From assembly GCF_009914755.1 (NCBI RefSeq), contig NC_060934.1: 64,000 nt of DNA. One strand, 5' to 3'. A program made the translations under genes and the position numbers. Positions 56,801 to 64,000 of the stretch are shown one piece after another. A model generated the notes under the pieces. That model was given only the letters and a program-made list of their open reading frames with translations, ran no database searches and was not told where the DNA came from. Origin of the DNA: the human T2T-CHM13v2.0 reference genome, Homo sapiens. Each line of letters opens with the position of its first letter. The first letter of the stretch is position 1.

Positions 56801-59800
56801 TAAAGTTTATTTTAAAAACCTAAGGTGATTAAAATATCTACTAAAATGTTGAAAATTGTAAAATCTCAGTAGTTAATGAAGTATGAGTGGAAAAATTTCA
56901 ATTTCACCCTGAAAATAGTTTTTTTTTTTTTTTAATTGACAAATCTGACCTTGAGGGAGAGAAAAAATAAATGCAACCACAACTTGCATGGAATGAAAAA
57001 AGCTTTTGGAATTAAATCATTTGGCAGTGACTGAAAAATAAACATCGGAGTGGCTTTTGTTTTAATTTTGTTCAGCGCGTTGTTGATTTCTTTATAACAA
57101 AAGCAATAGAAAGAAAAGATGAAGTAATAGTGAACCAAACAGAAATAATTTTCCGTGTATTGTGCTTGTCTTCACTGTGAGTTTAGTTTTCTATAGTCAA
57201 TGTCAAATTGATCAGACTTCTACTGTGTGATTGAAGTACTTCTTTAAAAAAAAAAAAACACTCATATTGTGAAGTTAAAACAGTTAAGTTGTAGTGTCAC
57301 TGAAACAGTTTTTCTGATTACATTTCGCTTTGCAACAGAGCCTGAGTTTTTGCACTTCTTCCTTGTTTAAACAGCTTAAGTAAATTTACAGGGTTACCCC
57401 CCTTTTTTTAAATAATGGAGAAATGGAATGGGTGCAAATTTTGAATATGGTTCTTTTCTCTGTTAGAATTAGCAGCCAACTCTGCATGAGGAGAGAAAAG
57501 TTGAGAGTATATAAAAAAGATTTCCCTGTATGATGGCTCCTGGCTTTTTAAAGGAGATACAAAAATAACAATAAAGTTGACTGTGTACAATGGAATGCTG
57601 GCTTTCATTGCAGATCTTAAAAAAAATGGTTTTACTGACTTTTGCTCAAACTTTAGTAGTAGCAATGAGTGTTTGCCAATAATTTTTGTTTTCTTTCCTT
57701 TTTTAGGAGATGGGCTAGCTTAAAATTTCAAATATACATATACTTACATGTATATTTACCTCATTGAATGCTAATGTTAAAAAAAGTGGTGGGAGCTGAT
57801 CACCTATGCTGCCGTAAAATGAAACAGCTCCCCCTCTTATATTTGACCAGAGACCCATAGTATTGAAGGAGATTTATGGAAGTGAATGTATTTATCAAGT
57901 TCATATATGAGGCAGCAGAACAGGCTTTATTTAGCCTTCCTATCACTTGTACCATAAAACAGTGGGCCTCTGTTTAGTTGGCCTAATACAGTTGTTAAAT
58001 TGGAATAATTTTTCTGATTTAAAATTTGTAGTGTATTTATTTGTTGTTTTTCAGGGAAAAACTATTTTAAAGAGATTACCAACCACAATGTCATATGTTA
58101 ACCTGACAGTAACAAATATTGAAAATATTAAATAGTTGGCCACAAAACACCATGCTTCTTTAGGTTTATGAAAGTGAAGGAAACAGAAAATTTTTTTCTG
58201 TATTCAAAGGCAATTTAAAATTAATTTTAAAAGACTTATTTATACATTTTATTTATATTTACTTTCAGTTTATTTTAAATCATTTTGCAAATAGCAGGGA
58301 AAGTCATGATGCAATAGAAGCTAAATTCTTTCCTGTATACCTCTGATCATTTTTCAAAGCCATATTATATTTTTAAACCCTTATTTACAACTTACACGAC
58401 TGGCTGTAGTTTGCTCCTCATGCTGTATTATACTTTTCTACACATAGGCTGCGCCATTGAGCCACTAGTTAAAGAAATGTTTCTTGTGCTGCCAGTAGTA
58501 CATGGAAATGGAAATGTGGAGGACATGGAAATCAAGAGGACGGGCTATCAGTTTTTAAAATGTGTGTTACTATAATTAATATAACAAAAAAGAACATATT
58601 TTGATATACGTCACTTTTTAAATCTTTTAAGATATTTTCTAATAATTTTCAATGTAATACTTTCAAAACCTCATTTTTAAAAGTTTTTATTTACTATTTC
58701 CCATAGATGTTAGTAAATGTATAATAGAAATTTAAATGTATTAATAGAAAAATATAATTTGTAACTTAAGCATGTGAAGTCATTTTGGTATATTTTGAAG
58801 ATTATTTAAAATTTATTATAATTTAAAAGATAAACATTAAAACAACTTTAAAGTGTGAAATATAATTAACAAATATGTGCTTGGAAACTTTACATTAAAA
58901 TCTAGCTATTTAGCATTCTGCATTAGAAATTTGTGAAGTCAAAATTAGTATGTTTTTTTCTAATGAAAGATATGAAACTTCAATGAATCTAAGTAAGAAC
59001 TGATTTGTTATTATTATTACACACTGCATTTTAATGTTTTATTTCCATTCATATTGAGACTAGCTAACATATAAAAAACTTACAGTGATATTTCTATTGC
59101 ATTTTTACCTTTTAATTCAATAAAATGTTAAAATAATAGATTTAAAATAACATCAACTGCATTGCATTTAAACATAAGCACTTCTTAACTTTTATACGTT
59201 GGAAAATAAATTTTAAGAATAATCAAATACTTTTGTCAAATACATGAAAAAATTTGACTTGTACATTTAAACGTCCTTCTTTGATCTTGCATCTTGCAGA
59301 TCGGCAGATTCTAGAAACTGCTCTGGGACTATTTCTTTGCGAAAATACTCTGTGTAAATTATTGTTTTGCTGTTTAATAATTAGAGTGATTTATTGGGAA
59401 AAGTGAGATATTTCTCTCTACTATAATAATAGTAGAGAAACTTGTGATTGAAAATTTAAGCAGTGATATTGACTATTTACCCCTTAGCAAACGTTATGAA
59501 AGTATTTTAGTATTGTTGGCGAATGGGACTCTGCTTGGATTTCCAGCATGTAAGAACTTGCATGCTCCGGGTCATAAATGCTGCTTCATGAATATTCCAT
59601 CACTCTATATGTGAATCTTTAGGGAAGGGTTTATAGAAAGTATATTTGTCAGCCAGTTATGTGTGGGGCATGGGGGTCTTTCCCAATGTTTATATTGTTG
59701 CTAACTTGTCCTACTGATAATTTGGACATAGTATCTGAGATTTTCATTAAAAAGAAAATCATATTTGGACCTAGTGCAACATATTTTTTGTAAGACACCT

Positions 59801-59837
59801 TTTTTGTATCTCATAAAATTCACTTCAGATGCTATAA

Positions 59838-60128
<291 letters not shown>

Positions 60129-61007
60129 ATAATTTACTTTATAAAATGTGGTTTGTTAGAGGTTTACCATTTTATGAATTCACATAAAGTGAATGACAGT
60201 TCTTTTTTTATGATAATGTGAAAATTTATTATTGCTCACATTTATATTATCTATATCTCAATTCTGTTGTGATGTCTGTGATATCACACAATCCTATCAG
60301 AAATAATAGGTTGATTTTCAAGTTATAACATTAGGCTAACATGTTTTTTTCTTAGTATATTTTATGTAATTAAGCCTTTTTCTCATAGTAAATAATGTCA
60401 AAGCATCAGAGGTATGATTGGGGGCAGATGATTCTTTTTTAGCTAAAACTATGGCTTAGGAATCTACCATGTTGGATAATTGACATTATTAGTCTGTTAT
60501 TTGTAGAATAACTGCGTGGTATGATTTGGAGTGCTTAGCAAGTGCTATATTGGTGACCTGTTCAAATTCGAGAGTCACCACTGATTTATATCACAGTTAT
60601 TTCCAAGGGCATGGTAGATCATGTCTCTCTGGTAATGACCTTAGATTATTTGGATCTCTGTGGAAAGGAGGACCATTTTAAATGAAGATGAGTGCTGAGA
60701 ATTAGTGCTTAAATAGGGCACACATCCGTATAGGCAAAACCAGATTTCTCTTTATATGTTTTTGAATCTTAAAGTGACTAAATCGATTTTCGGTACTTGG
60801 CAGTTAAGCTTGTGATCATCTCACTTAAAACAAGACTATGTAATGTACCCAGATTTCATTTTGGAGCCCACTGTGATATTTCATAGCTGTTTCACAGCAA
60901 CCAAAACTCAGATATAAAGAAAAAATATGCTGTGCACCGTATGATATTCTGGACAGAGAAAAAAAAAATAAGTTTGTGGTCTCAGAAGCACCAAATTACA
61001 AGTCCTA

Positions 61008-61347
<340 letters not shown>

Positions 61348-61661
61348 TTAGCAGCTGTACATAGCCATGCTCAGGAGGTGGAGCCAAGAGAAGTGTTCTG
61401 TAAATGATAGCAAATGGTTCTTGGAAAGGTTAGAGAACTCTAAATAAGATCCCCGTCTTATCCTATAACAATCACCCAGCCAGCTAAGCATGATCAGGTT
61501 TGATTTTATGTTCTCGCCTTAACTGGTCATCTTTTACCTACTTGTATTGTTTATTCAGTTTGAGATGATCAAGTCTTCATGTTTTTCCCCCCACTTTCTG
61601 TAACTCTCCTTTGACCACCTTTCTACCCTTGTGTTCCTCCGCCATGCAGTAGGCCCACTTA

Positions 61662-62215
<554 letters not shown>

Positions 62216-63654
62216 CTTTTTTTCATTATCACATGCTAAAGATAAAGTGTTTAATTATGCCAATTGACTTCTAGTCTAGAAAACAGAACTGAAAGTTGAA
62301 TTGGAACATCTCTTAAGTTTATACTCTGAAGACAGAGGTTGGCTTTTGCCCTCAACATGGAGCCAACTGCCAAAGCAGTGCCATCTGTAATGATGTTGGC
62401 AGATAACTGTACATTAGTGAGGACTGACAAGCGAAGAGGGTATCCTGGGAAAACTTTGGAAGGTGGTGATATGGTGCTGTGAAGAGCATGCCTCTGAAAG
62501 TGGGTAAAAACTTGCATCAGTAGTGCCTGGGTGCCTACTAAAAAAAACACAGCTTCCTGGGTGCCAATGATAATCGACCAGATCAGAATCTCTGGAGGTA
62601 TGGCCCAGGCAACTTCCTTCCTAAGAAGTAACTTCAGGTACTTGAGAAGCATATTAACTTCTGAGGGTTATTGCTTTCATGTATGAAGCTAATAGGAACC
62701 TAGAAGAACCTGTGCTTTGAAACTTTACATGCCTATCTGCAAAGTCTGTTTTTCTCTAGAGAAATGTCTTTTCTATGCAAAGTGTGCATTCAGTACCACC
62801 AATTCCCTGCATTTTGGTGCTCAGACCCTCAAAGACATAATTAAGGGGATTTCTTCTTTAAAAGCCTACTGTGTGGCATCTCATACAATTATATGGCCCT
62901 TGCTTTTTGTTGGTCTTTTTTCAAATATAACATGCAGTGTTGCCAGGAACACCATCATATTAAAATATAAAATTACCTTTTGTGAAAAATGGAGTCAGGG
63001 CATACATCTGGGAATCCAACAAACTCTAAACTGGCTGTGTACAAAATTTTTTTTTTTAAGTTTGGAAACTGATAGCTGCCTGAAGGTTGCATATTTAAAG
63101 TCATTTTCCCTGCTTCCTTCATTTTCCCCCTGTGGCAAAGCAAAGCAGCACTTCTTATGGGGAAAAAAAAATTGAAAGAAAGAAAAGAAAACCTAATATT
63201 GGCATTCTAGTAGTAAAATAATGGTAAAGATTGAGCCTGGATTTTGTAATACTTTGGATATTGGAATATCCTAATTTCCAGTTGGAAAAATTAGTATCAA
63301 ATGTATTTTAGATGAAAAGTTCAGTGAATGCTGACCCATATTTTGAGATATAAACAAAAAACAATTAAAAGATAGCTATTTTAATGAAGGAAAATATAAT
63401 ATTTAAATAAAGTGTTTAGACTTCAAAGTAGAGTGTTGCTCACGTAATAGCCAGAATACCTCTGTGCATACATCTCGGAAGAGGCTAAAATGCCAGATGT
63501 ATTTTTGTGCTAATTTTCTCACCAGCTTCTGGAGCCAGTAGAGGAATTCAGCACATAATATCTCATAGAAGGTATCCCTCTCAGCATTTTCCCACGTTCC
63601 TCCTTCTGATTCATTGCTGAAAGCAGAGATAAGAGAGTTAACAAATAACTAGAC

Positions 63655-64000
63655 TAATAATAACCATAATAACAAACATTTATTGAGTGGTTACTGTGTG
63701 CCTGGCACCATGTTAAAGAGTTTACATAGATTATTTCATTTAATAACCATGTAAGTCCTATCATCCCCACTTTACAAATGAGGAAATCAGCAACCATTTC
63801 AGCTAATATTTATTGAGCATCTTCTATGTGTTGCATACTGTACTGTGCTGTTCCCTGTGTTATCTTTATCTTCAAAACATTCCATTTTATGGTTTATGGG
63901 TATTTATCTTTATTTTACATGTGAAGAAATTGAAACTGAGTGATTAAATGACTTATTCAAAATGCCATACTGCTAGATATTAGAGATTCCAGACTTCTTA
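63655..64000 (-). mobile_element. Two adjacent MIR fragments
   Basis: aacatttattgagtggttactgtgtgcctggcacc...cccactttacaaatgaggaaa, then tttattgagcatcttctatgtg...ttttacatgtgaagaaattga. Confidence 0.7.

Overview
AT-rich primate (very probably human) genomic DNA lying entirely inside the + strand gene VTI1A (Qb-SNARE; chr10q25.2, next to TCF7L2). I recognised the gene from memory of the protein sequence, not from a database search; exon and residue numbers are also recalled. Only about 184 nt are coding: a 78-nt exon (19876-19953, KRSRIAYSDEVRNELLGDDGNSSENQ), the 21-nt neural microexon of Vti1a-beta (26314-26334, LIKLREE) and an 85-nt exon (31050-31134, RAHLLDNTERLERSSRRLEAGYQIAVET). The rest is intron. 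It holds about 12 Alu/FLAM copies, old and younger L1 fragments, L2/MIR/MER5/MLT1 relics, a TTAA-flanked piggyBac MITE (MER85), a 5'-truncated EEF1A1 processed pseudogene, microsatellites and a 28-bp VNTR. Almost all ORFs in the supplied track are spurious or repeat-derived. I cannot demonstrate a new biological system from sequence alone. The best leads are a possible RNA-processing layer in these long introns: a consensus recursive-splice-site motif (CAG|GTAAGT at 38315-38323) next to tandem AATAAA, a candidate 71-nt poison exon, and an intron read-through/intronic-polyA isoform lacking the membrane anchor. There are also several CpG-retaining, repeat-free candidate enhancers, one carrying a perfect CLEAR box fused to a Z-DNA tract. 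Repeat boundaries and subfamilies were assigned by eye and are approximate.
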